From Macrostomum hystrix (Eukaryota; Animalia; Platyhelminthes), in NCBI GenBank assembly GCA_950097015.1, contig CATNEN010000038.1, positions 13,392,001 to 13,456,000 of the forward strand: a stretch of 64,000 nucleotides of DNA, in the 5' to 3' direction. Under the pieces are notes generated by a model that worked only from the letters and a program-made list of their open reading frames with translations, was not told the DNA's origin and did no database searches. Shown here in pieces: positions 51,521 through 62,935 of the stretch; the first letter of the stretch is position 1; every line of letters begins with the position of its first letter. The translations under genes and the position numbers were made by a program.

Positions 51521-51726
51521 TTAATGCCTTCGATTTCTCACTTTCATAATTTTTACCTTACTTATGCTCGTACGTGATTTGCACTAAAATAAATAGCTTA
51601 AAACTATCTATGGGTCTAACTTGCTGATTGCGTTTGTTATTAGATAAAGGCTTGTTTGTCTTTTTAGCGATGAGGCCAAATAAGGCAACTTGTTATTGCT
51701 TCATATGTTAGTAAGCAGAGAGACTG

Positions 51727-51993
51727 ATGGCCAATGCTTCTTTTGTCTCCACGGCTTGGCTCCCATTCGCCGACGTCACTCCAGCCGGCAGTCGAGCTTT
51801 CTTCTTCTCGGCCACAGTCGGCCAGCGCTTTGAGCTTCTAGTTCAGTTGTTGCTGGCCTTTTTAATAATTGGGGCATTCTCTCTCTACCTGGTCAACGCG
51901 TGCATGCGACCGACTGTGCAGAAAGCCGCGTTCGGCTACTCCAAGAACGACTTCCTGGAGGGTGCTTATCTACACGATGGTACAGTCGATTAG
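51727..51993 (+). CDS. Putative 88-aa single-pass membrane protein
   Basis: ATG-initiated, GC-richer than its flanks, one clear TM segment LLVQLLLAFLIIGAFSLYLV. Confidence 0.5.
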   Translation: MANASFVSTAWLPFADVTPAGSRAFFFSATVGQRFELLVQLLLAFLIIGAFSLYLVNACMRPTVQKAAFGYSKNDFLEGAYLHDGTVD

Positions 51994-52846
51994 AGTTGAA
52001 TATTTACAGTCTTATGGTAGAACTAAAGCAAGTGGGTCCTTGAGTTACAGTGGACATCAAGCCTTATTTGCCAGCCGACATTCAGTCTGTATTATAGACG
52101 GCTATTGAACACTTGTGTTTGAGACTGTTGAGATAGCTAGCCGTACAGTTTAATTAAATGAAAGTAAAGTTACCACTTGTACTTTCTTTGATAGTCTTCT
52201 ACTTTCGTTTAGCTTTAAGAATAAAATTTTATTTGTTATTTTTTAAAGTAAAGCCCTTACTTTTAGGGCATGGCCATTGTTGAGCACTATAAATGCCAGA
52301 TAATAAGTACTTCGTTGTCATATTGTGAAAGCAAAAACTAACACCACGTTATCGACCAGTCAGATGCTGCCTGTAAAAGCATATCAAAGTTCTTTCAGTG
52401 TCAGCTTCTGCACCTGTGCAAACATTTTGTATTATCTGCTGAAATAAAGAAAAAAAGACCGTGTAGACAGAATGTCACTGTTGTTTTTCTTAGAGCTCAC
52501 TAAAAAGAAGCTAAAGCTTGCACTTTATCCCACAATAGCAAAATGGCCTATTTTTCCAGGCCACTGAATTGCCGCAATAGCAAAATATGCCAGAAATTTC
52601 TCTGGATCACAAAAACAATTCAGAACAGAAATCAAAGTGATCCGCGCCCTTTACTTTGTGATATAAAACATGGTGCGAGTTAGCTGATGTACCGTTTGGC
52701 AATTTGTTAAAAATAGCCTGTGCTTTCTATGGTAATGTAAACTCCACTACCGCATTTCAGCAGAGTGCCTTGCACTTCTCGGTTTCGCAAGTTCCCGCTT
52801 TAGTTAGTTCGCGCGAGAGTGAGTAAGCGAGAGCGCTTCCGGAGCC

Positions 52847-54139
52847 ATGGGCCTACTGTTCAGCTACTTTCGCCGACCAAAGGACTCTGTGGCCGAACTC
52901 GAAGCCATCGAGACCCAGTTGAACCGGTTAGAGGCCTGGCGTCAAAACCAGCTGCGGCTGCAGAAGCGCCTTCTGGGCTATCTGCTAATCGCCTTCCTGA
53001 TTAGCTACCTGACAGCACTAGGAGTTTACTATGTCTACTGCCTGCCTGTGGCCAGCCGTCTCACCCAGCTGCTGCACTTTGCCGCCTTTCTGACCGTCCT
53101 GCCGCTGTTCTACGCTCTGCGCCGTTGCCTGCTGTGGATTTTTGTTCGCTCCCTGGCCGGCTGCGAGAGTCGAGCTAGTCGACTTCGCGAGGATAAGCGC
53201 AAAGTGCTGGACAGGGTCATGGACACCGAGACGTACAAGCGGGCCAAGGAGATCCTGGACCGATTTGATCCCGACCGGTTCAAAGTGGAGTTTCAGCAGC
53301 CGCAGCAACAGCAGTCAGGCCAGGCGGTTAAGCCGGGTCAGTTTTTTGCTAAATCTCCGCTTGCTAAACGGCCTCCGTCTCAGCAGCAGCCACCGCAAGG
53401 AGTTGTTCTTCGCCAGCTGTCCGCAGTTCCCCATCCGCAGCAGCCTCATCCGACACAAAGTCCTCGACAGCCTCCTCAGTCACAGCAACCGCCTCAACAA
53501 CCTCCGCCTCAGCCACTGCGACCACCTCCCCAGCTCCCGCGACCAATCCTTAGCCGAGATCGCTCAACAATGGATCGCCTCATTGACATGCTGGTTGGCG
53601 ACGGAGCCGATCGCCGTTACGCCCTCATCTGCCGCCGCTGCTGTGGCCATAACGGCATGGCAATGGCCGAGGAGTTCCCTCACCTGGCCTGGCGCTGTGC
53701 CTACTGTGCCTTTCTGCATTCGCCAAGGCAGCCGCTGCCCCATCCGCCTATGCTGGCAATGTCCCCGGAACAACAGCAGCAGCAGCAGCTGTTAGCGCAG
53801 CGCAGTAGGCCCCAGTGGCAATCGTTGACTGATTTAAGACCGAGCGCCACAGCAGCCACAACCGCGCCCCTCGGAGCCTCTTCTCCAGACGGCGTCGGCG
53901 GCGAACTCTCTTCTGGAGGCTCCTCGGCATCGTCCTCGGTTGCTTCCACCCCGGCGCTGACGCGGAAAATGAATGGCTTTGATGAAAAGCTTGTCGAGCA
54001 AGCCAAGCCTGAGGCCGCTACTGCTAAAGGTGCTGCCGATGCCGATGCTGCTGACCCCGAGGATGATACTGATGGAGTCGAGAGCGTCGAGCAAGCTGTT
54101 CGTCGGCGAGCATGTCTAGCTACAGAACCCTCTGAGTGA
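52847..54139 (+). CDS. LNPK: ER junction formation protein Lunapark, single coding exon
   Basis: N-terminal MG myristoylation motif, two TMs, VMDTETYKRAKEILDRFDPD, LPRPIL...DRLIDMLVGDG and zinc finger RYALICRRCCGHNGMA...WRCAYC. Confidence 0.95.
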   Translation: MGLLFSYFRRPKDSVAELEAIETQLNRLEAWRQNQLRLQKRLLGYLLIAFLISYLTALGVYYVYCLPVASRLTQLLHFAAFLTVLPLFYALRRCLLWIFVRSLAGCESRASRLREDKRKVLDRVMDTETYKRAKEILDRFDPDRFKVEFQQPQQQQSGQAVKPGQFFAKSPLAKRPPSQQQPPQGVVLRQLSAVPHPQQPHPTQSPRQPPQSQQPPQQPPPQPLRPPPQLPRPILSRDRSTMDRLIDMLVGDGADRRYALICRRCCGHNGMAMAEEFPHLAWRCAYCAFLHSPRQPLPHPPMLAMSPEQQQQQQLLAQRSRPQWQSLTDLRPSATAATTAPLGASSPDGVGGELSSGGSSASSSVASTPALTRKMNGFDEKLVEQAKPEAATAKGAADADAADPEDDTDGVESVEQAVRRRACLATEPSE

Positions 54140-54285
54140 CAGTAGCTTATTTTCGCTTTCTCTTTCTGTCAAAAGTATTTTTTGATATTTTTCTTTGACG
54201 TTCGTGCGGTAGCTGTACCTAAACCCAAGCCTAATATTCTGTAAGAATTGCTCTTCTAATTGACCCACAACTAAATTCCACAATT

Positions 54286-54656
54286 GATCCTCTGCTGTCT
54301 GACACCCCAATCCTCTGCTGACACACCCCAATCCTCTGCTGTCTGACACACCCCAATCCTCTGCTGACACACCCCAATCCTCTGCTGACACACCCCAATC
54401 CTCTGCTGTCTGACACACCCCAATCCTCTGCTGTCTGACACCCACAATCCTATGCTGTCTGACACCCCAATCCTCTGCTGTCTGACACACCCCAATCCTA
54501 TACTGCCTGACACACCCCAATCCTCTGCTGTCTGACACCCCAATCCTCTGCTGACACACCCCAATCCTCTGGTGTCTGACACCCCCAATCCTATGCTGTC
54601 TGACACACCCCAATCCTCTGCTATCTGACACATCCCAATCCTTTGCTGCCTGACAC
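54286..54656. repeat. Compound minisatellite built on CTGACACACCCCAATCCTCTG(CTGT)
   Basis: Tandem units of variable length (about 21-25 bp). Confidence 0.9.
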
Positions 54657-55854
54657 TTTTCACGCTTCTGTGCCCATAATGAACTACTTTCTAGCTTGTA
54701 ATTGGCTATTTAAGGGATGGAAATAAGAGTATACACTGATTGTCTTCATATTTGGATGAAAAAAATTACAAGGCAGAGATAAGTCCAATTATTATGTTTT
54801 AACTTTAGCTTTGTTTTTGGATTAGTGCATCTTAAGCTCATATTTTGAGCACTGCGCTTTCTAAACTCCGGAGTTAAAAAACTTGACTGCCAGACTTGGC
54901 CATCAAGGAGGAAGACCGCATGCTCTCCTGCCAAGTCTGAATTCTCCTTGGAGTTAACCTTTACGACGGAGTAGACGGAATATGCCACTGATCCCAGTAT
55001 AATCAAATATCTTTTTTCTCATGTCTTATCAAGCCTCGTGTTGTATTTTAGTCCGTGCAGTTCATTGTTGGGAAGCCGGCCTGGCATTTTGGGGCTCAGA
55101 GGGAATTGAGCAAATTCAGTTTTCTACTGACAATCCGCGAGTTACCAGGTGAATCTATATTGTTAGACTTTATGCTTTCCTTGCCCTCTCAATGAATATC
55201 AGTATATACAAACATAGTTTCCGCCTGCCCATCTGCACATGCGCTAGTGATATTTTTCCTCGTAACCTGGTGTCCATTTGATATTTTCAAACGCATCTTA
55301 TTTTCCTTTGCATACTCAAGATTAAGCTAGCTCAACTATTTTTTCTGGGTTACGGTGCGTCTACGAGCCCCAGTCTGCGACTTGTTACTTTGCCGTACTG
55401 GTAAGGCTTTTGCACCACTTGATCTACTCACCTTCAAGCACATCGCTTCTCTTCTCCAGTTCTCTGTGTTCTCTGTCAGTCGTTTTGGGTCCGGTCAGTG
55501 CTGAACAAGTGTTAAAGCCATTAGCTATTGTGTAGCACTGCGAAGTGCTAATTTAACGCCGCGCCTTCAAATAATTATCTAATAATCATTCACGTCATCC
55601 CTCGTCAGATTCGCTGTCATTAAGATAACTAAGTGGTTGTCGTATTAGGTAGGAAGGACAAATAAATTTACTCATATTTATTCTGCTACCCTTTTCAGCA
55701 GATCTTTGTTCGGTTGTTTGTTTCGCAGCGCACTCAAATTCAGCGCACACAGCGCAGTGTGCTTACTTATCTTTCAAGTCATTCGTTCATTATGGAAGTA
55801 AGCTCCTTGATATGCACTTCTTTGGCCTCACCTAGCAATGGCCCGCTGCTAGCA

Positions 55855-55932
55855 CCAGCCAATCACACTGCTGATTGGTCTCAGCTAGTCATGGCCAAAC
55901 AGCCAATCACACTGCTGATTGGTCTCAGCTAG
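55855..55932. repeat. Two-copy duplication containing CCAATCA...TGATTGG
   Basis: CAGCCAATCACACTGCTGATTGGTCTCAGCTAGT occurs twice. Confidence 0.8.
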
Positions 55933-56699
55933 TTATGACCCACTGCCAGTCATCAGCCAGTCACGCTGCTGCTTGTATTCATAAAAAAGTATTCATGAGA
56001 AGTTTATTTTTATACCAGCAAAACATTCGAGCGCAATGCTGTTATCGAATAAAAAATTCAGAACGCGTTCTGATTGGCGATCTGGGTTTCTGTTCGTGCG
56101 TTGGTCCATTTGCATTTGTAATTAGCGTAGGACGTTAGTAATTAACTAGCTATTTCTGATTGGTATATTCTGAAGTATGGGCTCGTATATTCCTAGCTAC
56201 GAGCATTTAGCTAGTTCTTGGGTTTAGCTTACTTAAATGCACTCATCCTTCCATGGTGCTAGCAGATCTGCCTACTGACCAGCTGGAAGGAAATAATCGC
56301 GAGTAGGTCCAACACAGCCTGACCCACCACACTTCCTGCCTGCCTACCTTTTCACTGCCTAGGGCGTGCGTCTGCCAGGCCGGCAGAATATGACGCAGGC
56401 CGGCAGGGCCCGATCAGCTGCCCAGTTTTTCTCCCCCCATCTGCCGTCTCTCAGCCTGGCACGGCTGGAGAGGCCTGTCAGTTCCGGGGCGGAGCATCCG
56501 ATATTCCCACCGAGTCAGTATTCGTTTGAGATAAAGTATTTCCCTGTACGTAATAAGTTATGCGTAGGCTTTAACTTACGAGCGTACCGCTACACTGCAT
56601 TGCTCGTATCGTAGCTTTCTGACTTCCAGCCGGATCCAATCTTCATATAAGGGCACTGAAGATTCAAAGGATCCATTTTATCTGATCAGTAATGATTTC

Positions 56700-56961
56700 A
56701 AGGACCCCATTCCTCTCGTCAGTGAAGAAGGACCCCATTCCTCTGGTCAGTGAAGAAGGATCCCATTCCTTTGGTCAGTGAAGAAGGACCCCATTCCTTT
56801 GGTTCAGTGAAGAAGGACCCCATTCCTCTGGTCAGTGAAGAAGGACCCCATTCCTTTGGTTCAGTAAAGAAGGACCCCATTCCTCTGGTCAGTGAAGAAG
56901 GACCCCATTCCTTTGGTCAGTGAAGAAGGACCCCATTCCTCTGGTCAGTGAAGAAGGACCC
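56700..56961. repeat. 28-bp minisatellite (GAAGGACCCCATTCCTCTGGTCAGTGAA)n
   Basis: Tandem periodicity, about 9 copies. Confidence 0.92.
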
Positions 56962-57240
56962 TGTGTTGGCCTGGGCTGCAGACCCTCAGTCTGCACGCCT
57001 GGCCGGGAACTTTGACTGCACAAAACTGTGTCCTGTCTGATTGCACTTGCACTCAGTGTGGGGGGCACTGACTGACTCATGGGCACTGTACGCTTCCCAA
57101 CTCACTGCGCACCGAGTTCCCGTTGTACGTTCACATGCCTTCCCCTGCGCTTGCTGTAGCGTGCTTTTCTGTCCGCTCCCAGCGAGAGCCGAGACACTTG
57201 GAATTGGAGTTTGTTTTGACTTCACACACAAGTCATTACA

Positions 57241-57598
57241 GACCCATTCCTCTGGCCAGCTAGAAGGACCGCATTCCTCTGGTCAGCTAGAAGGACCCCA
57301 TTCCTCTGGTCAGCTAGAAGGACCGCATTCCTCTGGTCAGCTAGAAGGACCACATTCCTCTGGTCAGCTAGAAGGACCGCATTCCTCTGGTCAGCTAGAA
57401 GGACCCCATTCCTCTGGTCAGCTAGAAGGACCGCATTCCTCTGGTCAGCTAGAAGGACCGCATTCCTCTGGTCAGCTAGAAGGACCCCATTCCTCTGGTC
57501 AGCTAGAAGGACCGCATTCCTCTGGTCAGCTAGAAGGACCGCATTCCTCTGGTCAGCTAGAAGGACCCCATTCCTCTGGTCAGCTAGAAGGACCCCAT
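57241..57598. repeat. 27-bp minisatellite (GAAGGACCSCATTCCTCTGGTCAGCTA)n
   Basis: Tandem periodicity, about 13 copies; related to the 56700 array. Confidence 0.92.
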
Positions 57599-58254
57599 GC
57601 TTCATGTTTAGCCGATGATAGACAATAAGAAAGCCATGTTTCTTTCAGTTTTTGAGCTCCGATCAAAGAATGTATTGTCAAAAACCTTCAATTGCTTAGC
57701 TTTGTGGCTGAGTGGAGAGAGAGTCATGAAGCTGGACTTTCCTTTTTATTCAGAGAAACATCGACCGCACTAATTAGTTTAATTTAGAAAAAATCAAGCC
57801 TATCCGGAAGGCTATTTTCGACAGTTTTATGTGTGTTTCTGAGCGGGTGAATTCCTTTCCGATGAGAATATAAAGTGGACAATCGATTTTATATGAAAAC
57901 ATACCGTTTAAAAATTAATGTACAACACTGCATATCAACGCTTATTGACAGCTATACTAGTTATCATAAACAATGAAGCACAACAGTAAGCACTGCTTTT
58001 AAAAAGCTTAGTCGCAAAAAACTGAATTTTCAACTAAAAAAGGGGCAAATTTAGTCAAGGTCAAGGGAAACAAAACTTGTTCTTAGTGAATCACAGCGAT
58101 TCTAATACTCAAATATAACTAAATAACAATTCGTTTGCCAGCCCTGAATTACGGTATCTAAAACACAGATGAGCGACATTTTTGAGCGAATTTGAAAGGG
58201 ACTCAGACTAATAAATACAGTTTTTTCCTCCTCGATATCTGTTCCATGTGGCTT

Positions 58255-58430
58255 CATACATGGGTTCTAGTTCATTGGTCCTGGCTTCTGGCTCATAGTT
58301 CATGGCTTCTTGTTCATTGGTCATAGGTTCTAGTTCATAGGTCATGGCTTCTTGCTCATAGGTCCTGGCTTCTGGCTCATAGGTGATGGCTTCAAGTTTT
58401 TGGTCATGGGTTCTAGTTCATAGGTCATGA
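58255..58430. repeat. Degenerate 21-bp tandem repeat (CATGGCTTCTAGTTCATAGGT-like)
   Basis: Imperfect periodicity. Confidence 0.75.
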
Positions 58431-58440
58431 CCCACACCGC

Positions 58441-59222
58441 TCAAAGGTCCGTCGAGCGCTCGTTCAACGCTACAGCCGGCATCGCTCCGTTGGGCTTCTC
58501 GTTGCGCCCGTTGACACTTTGATCTGTCTCGTCGCCCCGTGGCCGCTCAGCCATTGGAATCGACTCTGTACGGGCGCCATCTAGTTCACCGACTAAATCA
58601 CCGACGCCGCCAACATCGACATCGCAGCAGCTGTGACAGTGCGCTGTCACGAAGGCGCGGCAGCGGTAGCAGTACTCGAATTCCTCACTGGAGCTCCAGG
58701 AGGGCGGCGCCTCAAGTACGTCACGAAGGCCTTTAACCAGCGGTGATTCAAATGAAACAAGGTGGTGATTCAAATGAAACAAGTGTTGAATTAACAGTTG
58801 CGAAAGTTATTAAAATCAAGTAATTTCTCGGATACGCTTGTATCGAATATCTGATTAGTACAAATATGGGGATTCGCGCATCCTGGACTATGACGTCCCA
58901 TCAATGTGTGCCTAGAACAGGCTTAATTGGTTTTCACATGGACTTATTATCAAGAACAAGTGTGACAACAAAAATTGCAAACATAAATTCGTTTGTTCCT
59001 TGACAAACATAAATTAGGAGCAACCGCACCTTCGTTCTCTACGCCAATGTTATGCGGTATTTGCCACTGTAGCAGTTGCTGCTGCTGATGCTGCTGCACA
59101 ATTAGCTGCTCGCGGTTGCGCATGCAGATCCGAACGACCACAAAGGCAGTCAGCAACACCAGAATGACCACTATGATGACTACTATCACCAGATCATACT
59201 CAAAGTATTTCCACTCGGCCAT
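58441..59222 (-). CDS. Orphan single-pass membrane protein with Cys/His cluster, 160 aa, 2 exons
   Basis: Exons 59030-59222 (GAAG|GTGCGG, phase 1) and 58441-58730 (TAAAG|GC). TM LVIVVIIVVILVLLTAFVVV followed later by YCYRCRAFVTAHCHSCC. Confidence 0.65.
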
Positions 59223-60278
59223 CCGGAAGCCGATTTGGCCCTCCTGCTTGTCTTGGCTTATCGGTGTGAGTCTGAGCACCGACCGACCTCGCATAATTTA
59301 AGTAGAGATCAAGTTAGGAATTGCGTAGCCAATCAGAATTAAGCCAGCTCGGTTGCCGAGGTCCAGCAAAGTAGTTCGGATTCCAGAGCTGGAGATCTCA
59401 AACTGTCTGTAATCTTACTCAGTTTCTCTAACCCCACCCGAATCTCTTCTATTTCTAGGTACAATATTTTTGCACCCAGATTTTTTCTTTAACATTCCCC
59501 GGATGAGCAGGCTGCTTCTCTTTGTCGACCGCCCCTGTGGCTGCCACCCCAAGCAGGTCCATCCAGCAGGATAACGCTTGCATCTGCTAGTCATAAGGTT
59601 TAACCAAACCTATAGACACCAAAAAGTTGGTAAGCCAATGGAGAGGGCTTTGGTTGAACATGATACTCAACTTGGGGAGCGCAGAAAAGGCTGTTATCTA
59701 GCAACGCAAGCCAAAATTGGCTACCTGAGTGCAAGAATGCTGTTATAGCCAAGCTGGAAGCTGCGCGAAGCATCACCGCAGCCCGAACTGGACAGGCAAG
59801 CGGCATCGATCTGCGGATTCAGGTGCCACTGCATAGCTCCCTTCACTTCCCTTCCCCAGATAGACCAACCGACGCGCGGTATTTGTACAATTCAGGTAAG
59901 AGAGCTAGATGTGTGCAGGGACGGGGACGAACATGTTCTGCGTCATCCGCTGGGCCGAGCGTTGCATTTTGTGATAAATCTCCGGCGAACCAAATTCGGT
60001 AGGACAGACTAGGAACAGACACGTGAAATTTTACTGTTAAAATTTCAGAAGCATTGATCCCAATTTAGACGCTCGACGAAGACTTCGAAAATTCGAAAGC
60101 GCAGACCAGCAGAGCCATTTGTTCAAACCACCTGTCCAACCAAGTCTCTAGTACAAAATTCATTGTCAGGTGAGAATTCAAAGAAGTAGTGTTGAGAGCT
60201 TGAGTGTCCCAGAGACTGCAAAGAAATTTTCCGACTAAAAACCGGATTCTCACGGCTCTGCGATAGAATTCGGCAGCG

Positions 60279-61082
60279 ATGAACTTCGCAGGCAGCGCGC
60301 AGCTCACAGCAGCGGCGGTGGCGGCCGCCAGACCGCAGCAGCAATCTGTCGCCAGCCAGACAGACTTTCAGGAGCCTGACGAAGCAACTGTGCGCAACGA
60401 GCTCGCTATGTCCGCCTACCTGGAAATCCTCAATGTCCTTGACGACGAGAGCCAGCCGGTCTATCACGATCTGGGCGAGGCCTATGCCAACAAGTTTCTG
60501 CTGCTGGCCGCAGCCGACGAAGAGGATCGCCAGACAGAGATTGAAGACCTTGGTGCTCCTTCATCGCTAGATGCAGAGAGCAAGACGCCACAGCCGCTGC
60601 ATCAGCAGCTTCAGCGTCTGGCTAGCCTTGAATCACAGGTGATCGAGTCGGAATGGTCTTTGCGTTGCAAGCTTGCGCAGGTGCGAGAGTCGGCCAAGCA
60701 CCCTGTGCAGCGCTGGCTCGAAGGCGCCACCGCCTCCCAGGTCGCCAGCCCGTTTGCCTCTCACGCACCATCGGTCCGCTCCGGGCACCAGGGGCAACAG
60801 CACCATCTGCAGCCGCACCAGCGGCACCCATCAACCAGCTGTGGCAGCCGGCCTAGCTCTGTGGCTGGCCTGTCGGAGGTGTTCGTCTCTGACTCTGAAG
60901 ACGAGGAGGACGCCGGCGAGGTGCACATCGGTAGCGGCTTTAACAGCGACAGAAAGTCGGAGATGACGTTCTACAACTGTGCAGTTCACGGAGTTGAAGT
61001 GCCGGAGAGTTTTGTGCGCGTCAAGTTTAAGGGCGGCGACGGTGGTGACTCAACGGCGGAGTCATCAGATGCTGGGAAGTAA
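60279..61082 (+). CDS. Uncharacterised acidic 267-aa protein
   Basis: ATG-initiated GC-rich ORF with codon style like neighbouring genes. No domain recognised. Confidence 0.6.
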   Translation: MNFAGSAQLTAAAVAAARPQQQSVASQTDFQEPDEATVRNELAMSAYLEILNVLDDESQPVYHDLGEAYANKFLLLAAADEEDRQTEIEDLGAPSSLDAESKTPQPLHQQLQRLASLESQVIESEWSLRCKLAQVRESAKHPVQRWLEGATASQVASPFASHAPSVRSGHQGQQHHLQPHQRHPSTSCGSRPSSVAGLSEVFVSDSEDEEDAGEVHIGSGFNSDRKSEMTFYNCAVHGVEVPESFVRVKFKGGDGGDSTAESSDAGK

Positions 61083-61287
61083 CCAAAAGTTGCCAAGCGA
61101 ATACATTACGCAAAGTATGAATTACGCAATATTGCAATCATCTGCTATCATCGCTTCGTTAGCAGAATATTTCATTGGATTTTGAGCCCCCAATGCATGC
61201 ATATGCAAAGCATGCTGCAAAGCGTACAAAAATGAAAAAAAACTATTTTTTCAGCAATTTCTCAGCAAAACTAAGAAAAAGTCTTCC

Positions 61288-61775
61288 CTGTTAGACAAGG
61301 ATATCTCTTAATAAATAGAAATCAGTTCACCTGTTAGACAAGGACATCTCTTGATAAATAGGAATCAGTTCACTTGTTAGACAGGGATTTCTCTTGAGAA
61401 ATGGAAATCAGTTCACTTGTTAGACAGGGATTTCTCTTGAGAAATGGAAATCAGTTCACCTGTTAGACAGGGATTTCTCTTGAGAAATGGAAATCAGTTC
61501 ACCTGTTAGACAGGGATTTCTCTTGAGAAATGGAAATCAGTTCACCTGTTAGACAGGGATTTCTCTTGAGAAATGGAAATCAGTTCACCTGTTAGACAGG
61601 GATTTCTCTTGAGAAATGGAAATCAGTTCACCTGTTAGACTGTGATTTCTCTTGAGAAATGGAAATCAGTTCACCTGTTAGACTGGAATTTCTCTTGATA
61701 AATAGGAATCAGTTCACTTGTTAGACAGGGATATCTCTTGGGAAATGGAAATCAGTTCACCTCTTAGATAGGGAT
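61288..61775. repeat. 43-bp minisatellite (CCTGTTAGACAGGGATTTCTCTTGAGAAATGGAAATCAGTTCA)n, about 11 copies
   Basis: Contiguous tandem units with no spacers. Confidence 0.93.
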
Positions 61776-62113
61776 GTCTGTTAATTATATTAGGAGTTTG
61801 TTGAATGGATTGTTTTTAACCCTTGTAACTGTAATTGTAATTGGAGGCAGAGAAAATGGACTCGCTCACTCAGTTTTTACGGGTCTTTGCCGGTATTTAG
61901 GAATCCATAAAAATAAAGATTACAGCAACTGTAGCACCAGATTCTGCTTTCGCAGTCGGAGGTGGGTGATTGCAGCAGAGTCAGTGGCTCGTAATACTCG
62001 CCTCGGATTATTAATGTATTCATTGATCAAATAGGTTTTAGGAAAATGTCTAACTTTGAGGTTACACTACACATAGGTAGGGAAGTTACAATCCTGTGTG
62101 GAGTAAATAATAT

Positions 62114-62935
62114 TGTTGTGCACGTGCGCTTGCACTGCTCAAGTGCACTCGCCCCCCTGCGCAACAAGTGCACTCGCAGTTGTTTTTGGCATTGTTGGTT
62201 TGGCGTTAAAGGCTCAGCGGTGTAAGCCGCTTAGCCGCCATTGTGTTGGCTGCGCGCTGGTTGGCTGGGCCGCCCTTTTTGGTCCTCGCCCCAGGCTGCC
62301 CCTCCCCCAGCTGCGCCGTGATTGGCCGGTGGGTAGCTGGGCCGGGGTGGTGGGTGGGGGTGGGGCGGGGGGAGGGGGCCCCGGCCCTTCGTGAGCCGTG
62401 TCCTATAAAGGCGCGGCCGGGGGCGGGTGGCTGCCCCGTGCGCGTGTTCACGCTCTACAACGCCTGACTCTGTTTCCATAACCCGTCCCCCACGCACAAA
62501 TAATAACTAATAAATATCGACCACCCGGTCTGCCAGCCGCAATCAGAAGTCCGCTGAACGAAGTTGACTACCCGCACGAGTGCGAGTGAACCAGAAGTAA
62601 GTCGCTGCCTTGTCTCCTTCATTTCGGGGGCTGTAGTGGGGACCGTCCGTGTGTCCTGACGCCGACTAAGGAGGGGGACTAGACCAGGTAGCCAGCCAGG
62701 GGTCACCCTGTACTGTACGCCCGCTGTACTCAGACGCCAGCTCGTGCGCCCTGCCGCCCCGCTGAAGGGTGATCGACATCACAGCGTCCCGACGCGTGTG
62801 CCGGCCACTTGGGTGCGTCCTGACGCCCCAGACTTAGGGTCCCGTGCGGACACTCGCGCCCTGACGCAGGCCAGCACGGGCCCGCGTACTCTGACCCTCC
62901 TAGGGGCACCCCTCCGGGAAGTCGCGAGTACAACA
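62114..62935 (+). mobile_element. Solo LTR (Gypsy-like), 822 bp
   Basis: TGTTGT...ACAACA termini, ATAT 4-bp TSD (62110-62113 and 62936-62939), internal TATAAA near 62404 and AATAAA near 62509. Confidence 0.8.

Noticed and set aside
61288-61775. CRISPR array (palindromic repeat)
   Set aside because: Units are contiguous with no unique spacers, there are no cas genes, and the context is eukaryotic. The same applies to the other minisatellites.
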